Positions 8,588 to 16,942 are shown, numbered from the stretch's first letter. The stretch is DNA of 43,852 nt from a virus (IMGVR_UViG_2563366881_000002:1-43852), one strand, 5' to 3'. Numbers and translations are program-made. Notes: a model not told the origin generated them from the letters alone.

Positions 8588-9529
8588 ATGAGCACTAAAT
8601 TAACCGGCTATGTATGGGATGGTTGCGCTGCATCAGGCATGAAATTATCCAGCGTGGCAATTATGGCCCGCCTGGCTGATTTCAGTAATGACGAAGGTGT
8701 GTGCTGGCCATCAATTGAAACCATTGCCCGCCAGATTGGCGCGGGGATGAGTACCGTCAGAACGGCTATCGCACGGCTGGAAGCAGAAGGCTGGTTAACG
8801 CGTAGGGCGCGTCGCCAGGGTAACCGCAATGCGTCGAATGTTTATCAGCTTAACGTTGCGAAGCTTCAGGCAGCGGCATTTTCTCAACTGTCAGATTCTG
8901 ACCCGTCAAAATCTGACGCATCAAAATCTGACCCGTCAAAATTTGATGCGTCGAAATCTGGCAAAAAAGCGGGTTTTCACCCGTCAGAATCTGGTGGGGA
9001 TCCGTCAGTAAAATCAAAACATGATCCGTCAGATAAAAAAACTTCTCGTCCGGACGCTTCGCAACCGGACACGCAGACGGCTGAACAGGATTTTTTAACT
9101 CGCCATCCTGATGCGGTTGTATTCAGCCCTAAAAAGCGCCAGTGGGGGACGCAGGATGATTTGACCTGCGCACAGTGGCTCTGGAAAAAAATCATCGCCC
9201 TGTACGAGCATGCCGCCGAATGTGACGGCGAGGTGGTTCGTCCCAAAGAACCGAACTGGACAGCATGGGCAAACGAAATTCGCCTGATGTGTGTGCAGGA
9301 TGGTCGTACTCATAAACAAATCTGCGAGATGTACAGCCGCGTCAGTCGCGATCCGTTCTGGTGCCGTAACGTGCTCAGCCCGTCGAAGCTGCGGGAAAAA
9401 TGGGATGAGCTTTCCCTGCGCTTATCGCCGTCCGTCAGCACGTACACCGAAAAACGCGAAGACCCGTACTTCAAAGCCAGTTACGACAACGTGGACTACA
9501 GCCAGATCCCGGCAGGATTCAGGGGGTGA
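8588..9529 (+). CDS. replication initiation protein (lambda O-like; N-terminal HTH, internal iteron origin)
   Basis: N-terminal winged-helix (..SIETIARQIGAGMSTVRTAIARLEAEGWL..); tandem 15-bp repeats inside the gene encode an SDxSK linker, as in lambda O/ori. Confidence 0.7.
   Translation: MSTKLTGYVWDGCAASGMKLSSVAIMARLADFSNDEGVCWPSIETIARQIGAGMSTVRTAIARLEAEGWLTRRARRQGNRNASNVYQLNVAKLQAAAFSQLSDSDPSKSDASKSDPSKFDASKSGKKAGFHPSESGGDPSVKSKHDPSDKKTSRPDASQPDTQTAEQDFLTRHPDAVVFSPKKRQWGTQDDLTCAQWLWKKIIALYEHAAECDGEVVRPKEPNWTAWANEIRLMCVQDGRTHKQICEMYSRVSRDPFWCRNVLSPSKLREKWDELSLRLSPSVSTYTEKREDPYFKASYDNVDYSQIPAGFRG
8893..9038. repeat. iterons (candidate origin of replication) inside initiator gene
   Basis: At least five tandem ~15-bp units ACCCGTCAAAATCTG / ACGCATCAAAATCTG / ... 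plus degenerate copies and flanking A-tracts. Confidence 0.6.
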
Positions 9530-9531
9530 TC

Positions 9532-10020
9532 ATGAGTCTTTTGAATGACGTTCAGAAATTCATTGAAGCCCATCCGGGGTGTACTTCCGGAGACATTGCG
9601 GATGCTTTTGCAGGTTACTCACGACAGCGCGTTCTGCAGTCAGCAAGCAAGTTACGTCAGAGTGGGCGTGTGGCTCACCGTTGTGAAGGGGATACACGCA
9701 GACATTTCCCGCGGCTGACTGAGATACCGCAGGAGCCGGAACCGCAACCAGTTCGTGAATCCAGACCTGTGCGCAATTTCTATGTCGGCACTAACGATCC
9801 CCGGGTGATTTTGTGCCTGACCCGCCAGGCGGAAGAACTGGAGTCCAGGGGCTTATACCGTCGTGCTGCAACGGTGTGGATGGCGGCATTCCGTGAAAGC
9901 CACTCCCAGCAAGAGCGAAACAATTTTCTTGCGCGTCGTGAGCGGTGTTTACGGAAAAGCAGCAAGCGCGCTGTATCGGGTGAAGAGTGGTATCTGTCAG
10001 GGAATTACGTGGGGGCTTAA
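9532..10020 (+). CDS. hypothetical protein (replication/nin region; possible winged-helix regulator)
   Basis: ATG 9532 with SD AGGGGG 6 nt upstream; 162 aa; Arg-rich C-terminus. Confidence 0.5.
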   Translation: MSLLNDVQKFIEAHPGCTSGDIADAFAGYSRQRVLQSASKLRQSGRVAHRCEGDTRRHFPRLTEIPQEPEPQPVRESRPVRNFYVGTNDPRVILCLTRQAEELESRGLYRRAATVWMAAFRESHSQQERNNFLARRERCLRKSSKRAVSGEEWYLSGNYVGA

Positions 10021-10346
10021 TGACGACGTTAACTCAATGCCAGCAGCAGGTGCTGGATATGCTGATTTCTTACCAGAAAGAACGTGGCTTCCCGCCAACC
10101 AATCAGGAGGTGGCTACCATGCTGGGATACCGTTCAGTGAATGCAGCGGTGGAGCATCTTCGCGCACTGGAGAAAAAAGGCGTCATCACGATAAAGCGTG
10201 GCGTGGCCCGGGGCATCACGCTTCATACCGCGGTGAAGGACGACGACAGCGAGGTGGCCGGGATTATCCGCGCACTGCTTGCTGGTGAGGAAAACGCCAG
10301 GCTGCGTGCAGCCCACTGGTTACATGAGAGGGGGCTGAAAGTATGA
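10020..10346 (+). CDS. LexA N-terminal DNA-binding-domain-like protein, no S24 protease domain
   Basis: MTTLTQCQQQVLDMLISYQKERGFPPTNQEVATMLGYRSVNAAVEHLRALEKKGVI closely parallels E. coli LexA residues ~1-65 (recalled); ORF ends after ~108 aa. Confidence 0.55.
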   Translation: MTTLTQCQQQVLDMLISYQKERGFPPTNQEVATMLGYRSVNAAVEHLRALEKKGVITIKRGVARGITLHTAVKDDDSEVAGIIRALLAGEENARLRAAHWLHERGLKV

Positions 10347-10732
10347 AGCTGATTCTGCCTTTTCCACCCAGCGTGAACACCTACTGGCGACACCCCAACA
10401 AAGGGGCATTTGCTGGTAAGAGCCTGATAAGCGCGGCGGGGCGAAAATTCCAGAGTGCGGCGTGCACAGCAATAGTTGAGCAGTTACGTCGTCTGCCGAA
10501 ACCAACGTCGGCACCTGCTTCAGTGGAGATCGTGTTGTTTCCTCCGGATAACCGGATCCGCGATCTGGACAACTATAACAAGGCGCTGTTTGACGCCCTG
10601 ACCCACGCGGGTGTGTGGGAAGACGACAGCCAGGTGAAAAGAATGCTGGTGGAGTGGGGACCGGTTATCCCGGAAGGGAAGGTCGAGATCACTATCAGTA
10701 AGTACGAGAAAACGGCGGGTGCAGCCGCCTGA
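10343..10732 (+). CDS. rusA: RusA-family Holliday junction resolvase
   Basis: ..LPFPPSVNTYWRH....RDLDNYNKALFDALTHAGVWEDDSQV.. matches RusA catalytic core; ATGA-coupled to upstream gene. Confidence 0.85.
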   Translation: MKLILPFPPSVNTYWRHPNKGAFAGKSLISAAGRKFQSAACTAIVEQLRRLPKPTSAPASVEIVLFPPDNRIRDLDNYNKALFDALTHAGVWEDDSQVKRMLVEWGPVIPEGKVEITISKYEKTAGAAA

Positions 10733-10751
10733 TCAAGAGGAGAAACGAAGT

Positions 10752-11594
10752 ATGAATAATCTGATGGTCATTGATGGTATTGAAGTTCGTCGTGATGCTT
10801 ATGGGCGTTACAGCCTGAACGATCTGCATCGGGCTGCTGTTGCATCTGGTGCAAATGCCAGAACTAAGGAGCCGGGAAAGTTTCTTTCCAGCCAACAGAT
10901 TACTGAGCTGGTTCAAGAATTGATCGATACCCAAAATTTGGGTGTCGGTTCATTCAATGAAACTACCCAAAATTTGGGTAGTAAACCAGTAAGTAAAATA
11001 GAAGGGCGGAATGGAGGAACGTATGTCTGCAAGGAACTGGTGTATGCCTATGCAATGTGGATCAGCCCGTCATTCCATCTGAAGGTGATCCGTACTTTCG
11101 ATATGGTAACCAGCACACCGGAAAAATTATCCGGGCAGGCTGCTGACAAGATGCAGGCTGGCGTGATCCTGCTGGACTTTATGCGCAGGGAATTAAACCT
11201 GTCTAACTCATCAGTGCTTGGAGCCTGTCAGAAGCTTCAGGAGGCTGTTGGCTTACCGAATCTGGCACCGCGCTATGCCATTGATGCTCCTGCTGACGCG
11301 CCTGATGGCTCAAGTCGCCCCACGCTGTCGCTGAGTGCACTGCTGAAACAGTATGGTATCCGCCTGACGGCTAATCAGGCATATCACCAGATGGTGAAGC
11401 TGGGGATCGTTGAACAACGCGAACGATACAGCCGTACCGCGATTAACAACATCAAAAAATTCTGGTCGCTGACGGCGAAAGGCTGCATGTTCGGCAAGAA
11501 CATCACCAGTCCTGCAAATCCGCGCGAGACGCAGCCGCATTTCTTCGAATCCCGATTCCCTGAGCTGTTAAAGCTGCTCGATACCGTTCATTGA
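10752..11594 (+). CDS. KilA-N domain protein (antirepressor-like)
   Basis: Start MNNLMVIDGIEVRRDAYGRYSLNDLHRAA.. is a typical KilA-N N-terminus; SD GAGGAG upstream. Confidence 0.65.
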   Translation: MNNLMVIDGIEVRRDAYGRYSLNDLHRAAVASGANARTKEPGKFLSSQQITELVQELIDTQNLGVGSFNETTQNLGSKPVSKIEGRNGGTYVCKELVYAYAMWISPSFHLKVIRTFDMVTSTPEKLSGQAADKMQAGVILLDFMRRELNLSNSSVLGACQKLQEAVGLPNLAPRYAIDAPADAPDGSSRPTLSLSALLKQYGIRLTANQAYHQMVKLGIVEQRERYSRTAINNIKKFWSLTAKGCMFGKNITSPANPRETQPHFFESRFPELLKLLDTVH

Positions 11595-11595
11595 G

Positions 11596-12591
11596 GTGAC
11601 CGTGAGAGCACTACTGACCCCTGAAATTGCCCCGCGTATGGGGATCGTATTGTTCAGGCCAGGTTCAGAGCTGATGCCCCTGTTTATGCAGGGGCGTGTC
11701 CTGCTGGAGCCTGAGCCGGAACGTTATTCATCTTTCGCCAGTGGTGCCGTTCCGGCGGCATCACAACCGCTGGCGGATGATCCTGCCGTTCGGGCCGTGT
11801 TCCGCAATGAGGCAGTGATCCGTCGTGCTGGTGGCGTGGAATGTCTTGAAAGCTGGTTACTTCGTGAAAAGGGCTGTCAGTGGCCTCATTCCGACTGGCA
11901 CAGCGAGAACATGACCACAATGCGACACGCGCCGGGCGCAATCCGTCTGTGTTGGCACTGCGATAACCAGTTGCGTGATCAGTTCACGGAACGGCTGGAA
12001 TCAATGGCAACGGATAACTGTGCCCACTGGGTGTTATCTGTCGTGCGTCGGGATCTCGGTTTTGATGACAGTCACGTAGTGACAATGCCGGAACTGTGCT
12101 GGTGGCTGGTTCGTAATGACCTGGCGGATGCCTTACCGGAAAGTGCAGCCCGTAAGGCACTGAGATTACCGAAGCCGGTTGTGCCGTCTGTCACCCGGGA
12201 GAGTGACCTTGTTCCTTCGGTTCCTGCCACCAGCATTATCCAGGATAAAGCGAAAAAGGTGCTGGCGCTGAAAGTGGATCCAGAGTCGCCGGAGTCTTTT
12301 ATGTTACGCCCAAAACGTCGCCGCTGGGTTAATGAAAAGTACACGCGCTGGGTTAAGACACAGCCGTGTGCATGTTGTGGAAAGCCTGCTGATGATCCCC
12401 ACCACCTGATAGGCCATGGTCAGGGTGGAATGGGTACAAAAGCGCATGACCTCTTTGTGTTGCCTTTGTGCAGAAAGCATCACGACGAGCTGCATGCGGA
12501 TACCGTGGCATTTGAAGAGATGTATGGCTCCCAGCTGGAGCTGATATTTCGTTTTATCGATCATGCGCTGGCAATAGGCGTACTGGCGTAA
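11596..12591 (+). CDS. DUF968-family protein (YdfU-like) with C-terminal HNH-like Cys/His motif
   Basis: C-terminal ..CACCGKPADDPHHLIGHGQGGMGTKAHDLFVLPLCRKHHDELH..; sits immediately upstream of Q as ydfU does in Qin (recalled). Confidence 0.6.
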   Translation: MTVRALLTPEIAPRMGIVLFRPGSELMPLFMQGRVLLEPEPERYSSFASGAVPAASQPLADDPAVRAVFRNEAVIRRAGGVECLESWLLREKGCQWPHSDWHSENMTTMRHAPGAIRLCWHCDNQLRDQFTERLESMATDNCAHWVLSVVRRDLGFDDSHVVTMPELCWWLVRNDLADALPESAARKALRLPKPVVPSVTRESDLVPSVPATSIIQDKAKKVLALKVDPESPESFMLRPKRRRWVNEKYTRWVKTQPCACCGKPADDPHHLIGHGQGGMGTKAHDLFVLPLCRKHHDELHADTVAFEEMYGSQLELIFRFIDHALAIGVLA

Positions 12592-12604
12592 GTGGAGAAC
12601 GAGC

Positions 12605-13357
12605 ATGAACCTTGAAGCCTTACCAAAATATTACTCCCCAAAATCTCCAAAATTGAGCGATGACGCACCGGCGACAGGCTCAGGTGGTTTAACGATTACG
12701 GATGTGATGGCTGCGCAGGGGATGGTGCAGTCGAAAGCACCGCTTGGGTTTGCCTTATTCCTGGCAAAAGTTGGTGTTCAGGATCCTCAGTTTGCGATTG
12801 AAGGTCTGCTCAATTACGCGATGGCAATGGATAACCCGACATTGAACAAATTGAGTGAAGAAACCCGGTTACAGATCATCCCTTACCTTGTGAGTTTTGC
12901 CTTTGCTGATTATTCCAGGTCTGCGGCAAGTAAGGCTCGCTGTGAGCATTGTGCTGGTACTGGATTTCATAGTGTATTGCGCGAAGTGGTGAAACACTCC
13001 AGAAGCGGGGAATCTGTTATCAAGGAAGAGTGGGTGAAGGAATTATGTCAGCATTGCCATGGTAAGGGAGAAGTCAGCACGGCTTGCAGAGGGTGTAAGG
13101 GTAAAGGCATTGTCCTGGATGAAAAAAGAACCCGGCTTCATGGCACACCTGTTTATAAGATTTGTGGGCGTTGCAATGGAAACCGGTTTAGTCGTTTACC
13201 GACCACACTGGCACGACGTCATGTCCAGAAGCTGGTACCAGACCTGACTGATTATCAGTGGTACAAAGGATATGCAGACGTCATTGATAAACTGGTAACA
13301 AAGTGCTGGCAGGAAGAAGCATTCGCTGAAGCACAATTGAGAAAGGTGACGAGATAA
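12605..13357 (+). CDS. Q: late-gene antitermination protein Q (QuuQ/Q82-like, zinc-binding)
   Basis: 250 aa; CxxC pairs (CEHCAGTG, CQHCHGKG, CRGCKGKG, CGRCNG); followed by candidate pR' and terminator; position between nin-like genes and lysis cassette. Confidence 0.7.
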   Translation: MNLEALPKYYSPKSPKLSDDAPATGSGGLTITDVMAAQGMVQSKAPLGFALFLAKVGVQDPQFAIEGLLNYAMAMDNPTLNKLSEETRLQIIPYLVSFAFADYSRSAASKARCEHCAGTGFHSVLREVVKHSRSGESVIKEEWVKELCQHCHGKGEVSTACRGCKGKGIVLDEKRTRLHGTPVYKICGRCNGNRFSRLPTTLARRHVQKLVPDLTDYQWYKGYADVIDKLVTKCWQEEAFAEAQLRKVTR

Positions 13358-13388
13358 GTGATTTTCACCGAAGATGGCGACATGATGC

Positions 13389-13417
13389 TTGCATTTCTCA
13401 AAAAATATGGATAAGAT
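13389..13417 (+). promoter_or_regulatory. candidate late promoter pR' (TTGCAT-N17-TAAGAT)
   Basis: Sigma70-like -35 TTGCAT (13389-13394) and -10 TAAGAT (13412-13417) with 17-nt spacer, ~30 bp after Q stop. Confidence 0.35.
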
Positions 13418-13462
13418 TTTCCCAACGATGGGCTTTGTATGTCTACCGTTGATGAGTCCAAG

Positions 13463-13494
13463 AACCCGCCGCCGAGCGGGTTAAATTATTTTTT
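13463..13494 (+). terminator. intrinsic terminator (tR'-like) downstream of candidate pR'
   Basis: Stem AACCCGC/GCGGGTT with 6-nt loop followed by AAATTATTTTTTC. Confidence 0.4.
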
Positions 13495-13511
13495 CTTACA
13501 CGGGGATATGG

Positions 13512-14042
13512 ATGTTATACCGAGATCTTTTGCCTATTTTCTCAGAAAGACCCATATTTAAAGCTCCTGAGGCTGAAAGAATACTTCGTGAGCAATATTC
13601 TATCGCCGCCCCCACTCCTGTAATTCAGGAGATTTATTATGGATTGGCAGGTTATGACAGATTTCAGGAGCTTTATGGGGATCTTAATATTGACCAAATC
13701 GAATGGAAATTGATTGAACTTCCCACTAAAAATTTTTTAACTATCGGGGATAATGCTACTTACCCTGATTTTTTGCATGAGGTCGTTGAAGATTTCACAA
13801 CCCGTAAAGGCGATGTATTTATGGATGATGAAATAAAAGCGCATTGGTGTAATTTTGGCACATGGTGTGAACCTCCATTTTTTATAGATCGAGCTTTGCT
13901 GAAAAGTAATACAACAGGGCTTCATTTAATGGAAGGGCATACAAGAGTTGGAACCCTGTTAGGGGCAGTTAAGTATAACTTCGTTAAGCTTGCTAATACT
14001 CATAAAATTTATTATGCGCAAGCAAAAGAATGTATTAAATAA
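13512..14042 (+). CDS. hypothetical protein, AT-rich cargo (176 aa)
   Basis: Clean ORF followed by a strong intrinsic terminator; AT-rich codon usage; no family recognised by eye. Confidence 0.55.
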   Translation: MLYRDLLPIFSERPIFKAPEAERILREQYSIAAPTPVIQEIYYGLAGYDRFQELYGDLNIDQIEWKLIELPTKNFLTIGDNATYPDFLHEVVEDFTTRKGDVFMDDEIKAHWCNFGTWCEPPFFIDRALLKSNTTGLHLMEGHTRVGTLLGAVKYNFVKLANTHKIYYAQAKECIK

Positions 14043-14078
14043 GTTGAGTGAAATTACTGTTTTTTTTTAACAATACTT

Positions 14079-14101
14079 ACCGCGTTCTCGCGGTTTTTTT
14101 A
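14079..14101 (+). terminator. rho-independent terminator
   Basis: ACCGCG-TTCT-CGCGGT hairpin followed by T7. Confidence 0.6.
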
Positions 14102-14223
14102 TAAATTAAACATTGGTGCAGTACGGTAAACACGCTGGTGGTCGTGAATACTGACTTTTTATCTTGCTGGCTTTTTAGACAAGAGTTATTGGTATGTCAT
14201 GTTAACCATGAAGGTAAAAAGAC

Positions 14224-14418
14224 ATGCTAAAACAGCAAGATATGACAGAAACGGCGAAAGTTGTTTTTAATGAATTAAACGGCAAACCGGCAACAGTCGG
14301 GGAGATAGCACAAAACACATACCTTTCACGCGAACGCTGTCAGTTAATACTGACCCAGCTGGTTATGGCGGGGCTGGCAGATTACCAGTTCGGCTGTTAC
14401 AGACGCCTTCAGCAATGA
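14224..14418 (+). CDS. small hypothetical protein (64 aa), possible winged-helix DNA-binding protein
   Basis: Short ORF upstream of methyltransferase; helix-turn-helix-like ..ATVGEIAQNTYLSRERCQLILTQL.. Confidence 0.4.
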   Translation: MLKQQDMTETAKVVFNELNGKPATVGEIAQNTYLSRERCQLILTQLVMAGLADYQFGCYRRLQQ

Positions 14419-14567
14419 AGGGCTTTTAATTTGTGAAAATGGGCGGCTGGTGGGTGTTGGTAGCACCTGCCAGCCATTCGCTCATGCTTACTGGTCACAA
14501 GCGAACCATGGCCCACTGCTTTAGCGCAAAAGCAGAGTGAGCCTACCAGAGTTACGCTTACTGATCC

Positions 14568-15629
14568 ATGAAAAACACTGTAAAAATAAACAGTATTGAT
14601 TTAATCAACGCTGATTGCCTGCATTTTATTCAGTCCCTGCCTGATGATTCCATTGACCTGATTGTTACCGATCCGCCTTACTTCAAGGTGAAACCCAACG
14701 GTTGGGACAATCAGTGGAAAGGGGACGAAGATTACCTTAAGTGGCTGGACCACTGTCTGGCCCAGTTCTGGCGGGTGTTGAAACCTGCCGGAAGCCTTTA
14801 CCTGTTCTGTGGGCATCGCCTGGCATCTGATATTGAGATCATGATGCGTGAACGTTTCAACGTGCTTAACCATATCATCTGGGCGAAGCCGTCCGGACGT
14901 TGGAATGGGTGTAATAAAGAAAGTCTGCGCGCATATTTTCCTGCCACAGAGCGCGTTCTGTTTGCTGAACATTACCGGGGGCCATATCGCGGCAAAAGTG
15001 ACGGCTATGTGGCAAAAGAAAGGGAACTCAAACAGCACATAATGGCACCGCTGATATCGTATTTCAGGGATGCTCGTGCCGAACTGGGTATAACGGCAAA
15101 ACAAATTGCCGAAGCCACAGGTAAGAAAAATATGGTTTCCCACTGGTTTGGTGCCAGTCAGTGGCAGTTGCCGAATGAGGCTGACTACCGGAAGTTACAG
15201 GCACTGTTTTCCCGTATAGCGGCAGAGAAGTTTCAGGAACAACAACTGGAACAACCACACCACCAGTTGGTGGCATCTTATGATTCACTGAATCGCAAAT
15301 ATTCTGAATTGCTGGATGAGTTTAAATCTCTCCGGCGCTATTTCTCCGTATCAGTCTCCGTGCCTTATACCGATGTCTGGATGCATAAACCCGTTCAGTT
15401 CTACCCGGGTAAACATCCGTGTGAGAAACCGGCGGATATGCTCAGGCAAATAATCAATGCCAGTAGTCGACCCGGCGATCTGGTTGCTGATTTCTTTATG
15501 GGATCCGGTTCCACAATAAAAGCAGCAATGGCGCTGGGGCGTCGGGCGTTAGGTGTTGAGCTTGAGACAGAGCGGTTTAATCAGACCATCCAGGAAATCA
15601 GTATGTTATCAGCAAATACAATTTTGTGA
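14568..15629 (+). CDS. DNA methyltransferase, beta-class amino-MTase (N6-adenine or N4-cytosine), orphan
   Basis: Motif IV DPPY (..LIVTDPPYF..) near N-terminus and motif I FxGxG (..FFMGSGST..) near C-terminus; no adjacent restriction endonuclease recognised. Confidence 0.85.
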   Translation: MKNTVKINSIDLINADCLHFIQSLPDDSIDLIVTDPPYFKVKPNGWDNQWKGDEDYLKWLDHCLAQFWRVLKPAGSLYLFCGHRLASDIEIMMRERFNVLNHIIWAKPSGRWNGCNKESLRAYFPATERVLFAEHYRGPYRGKSDGYVAKERELKQHIMAPLISYFRDARAELGITAKQIAEATGKKNMVSHWFGASQWQLPNEADYRKLQALFSRIAAEKFQEQQLEQPHHQLVASYDSLNRKYSELLDEFKSLRRYFSVSVSVPYTDVWMHKPVQFYPGKHPCEKPADMLRQIINASSRPGDLVADFFMGSGSTIKAAMALGRRALGVELETERFNQTIQEISMLSANTIL

Positions 15630-15870
15630 ATTAATTCAATTATTGGTGGGATGTCTGTGCCGTATAATGATTACAGATACAGTGTATCCTGCAATGCAGC
15701 AGGGCTGATGTGGTGGGTTGTACATAGCCTGCAAAGGATTGGCTTCATTAATTCATCGTTGATACAAGCGAGTCACGGTTGACCACGCCAACGGCTCATC
15801 GGTAAAAATCCGACACCGTGTCTTCTTAACTCACTTATTGTTTCCACCCATGTTTTTGGATACCTGCTGT

Positions 15871-15910
15871 AGCTGTCAGATTAGCGCGATAATCTGACAG
15901 CTTTTTTTTT
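15871..15910 (+). terminator. rho-independent terminator
   Basis: 12-bp stem AGCTGTCAGATT...AATCTGACAGCT followed by T9. Confidence 0.55.
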
Positions 15911-16201
15911 ACAACGAATCCTTCTGATCTGCTTTTGCGGGGCTTTTTTGTATCCGCTCCATGCCCGGCGTATAAGCGGAGGTTGGTCAGTTTTCTAAAA
16001 ATTGAAATACCTCACAATTCAGCCAGTTAATGGTTGTTTGTCTGGCGAAGAGTTTGTAAATAAAAAAACGCATGGTGAATCCCCCTAAGCGGCGGGGCGA
16101 ATCAGCAGTCAGTTCTGGGATAATCGCGGGTTCGTATGCTGATGCCGGACTCACCGGGAGGCACCCGGCACCATGCATCATGGTCATCCCCTTGTATGAT
16201 A

Positions 16202-16226
16202 CCCCTCTCCGGAGGGGTATTTTTTG
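16202..16226 (+). terminator. rho-independent terminator
   Basis: CCCCTC-TCCG-GAGGGG hairpin followed by TATTTTTT. Confidence 0.55.
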
Positions 16227-16658
16227 GATAAAAAAGCCCGCGCTGGGAGGCACGGGCGGCAAGGAATAAAACGTGAAGAAATTTTCACAGGCGCATAATA
16301 ATCCGATGTTGCCAGATTTTGCAACTGCATCATCTGGTTATTATGTGAGCTGGAAAATCAGATTCTGTATGGACTGAAGCCATGCTGTTATTTAGGGCCA
16401 AAGAGCTGGCTTTTTCCCGCCTTCTCTCCAGTAACGATTAATGAGAAAAGAATGAAATGCTTTTCCTGGGGAGGAGGGCAGTAGAAAAAAGAACCCGCCA
16501 GCAAAAATATGGGGGATGAACAGCTTTTGCTACTCAGGTTGCTGGCGGGTATGGTTCTTCATGAAATAAGAATGTTACGCGGTATTTTTAATGAAAATGA
16601 TAATTATTGTCAATTGGTTGTGCGTATTTTTTCATACATGACTGGTAAAGGTGATTCA

Positions 16659-16692
16659 GGCCATCAGAGTTTTGCTGATGGCCTTTTTTCTT
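16659..16692 (+). terminator. rho-independent terminator immediately upstream of holin
   Basis: GGCCATCAG-AGTTTTG-CTGATGGCC followed by TTTTTTC. Confidence 0.55.
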
Positions 16693-16722
16693 TCCGGTAG
16701 CACAGGTCTGTTGGGGCGGGAT

Positions 16723-16938
16723 ATGTATCAGATGGAAAAAATATCAACAGGCATTGCCTACGGCACCTCCGCAGGCAGTGCTGGCTACTGGTTTTTACAA
16801 TGGCTTGATCAGGTTAGTCCGTCTCAGTGGGCTGCGATTGGTGTACTGGGAAGTCTGGTTCTGGGCTTTCTGACTTATCTGACGAATCTGTACTTCAAAA
16901 TCAGAGAAGACAGAAGAAAGGCTGCGAGAGGAGAGTAA
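16723..16938 (+). CDS. holin, phage-21 S21 / EssQ-type pinholin with dual start (71/68 aa)
   Basis: [71 protein letters not shown] closely matches recalled S21; two in-frame ATGs (16723, 16732) give the holin/antiholin dual-start motif. Confidence 0.85.
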   Translation: MYQMEKISTGIAYGTSAGSAGYWFLQWLDQVSPSQWAAIGVLGSLVLGFLTYLTNLYFKIREDRRKAARGE

Positions 16939-16942
16939 TATA

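Noticed and set aside
8829-9011. 60-aa plus-strand ORF in alternative frame of the initiator gene
   Set aside because: Repetitive translation (..QNLTHQNLTRQNL..) produced by the iteron repeats; artefact.
15630-16720. Possible tRNA genes in the Q-to-holin spacer (as in Stx phages)
   Set aside because: No cloverleaf-compatible sequence or T-loop-like GGTTCGAATCC motif seen by eye; only terminator hairpins. Not formally excluded without tRNAscan-SE.
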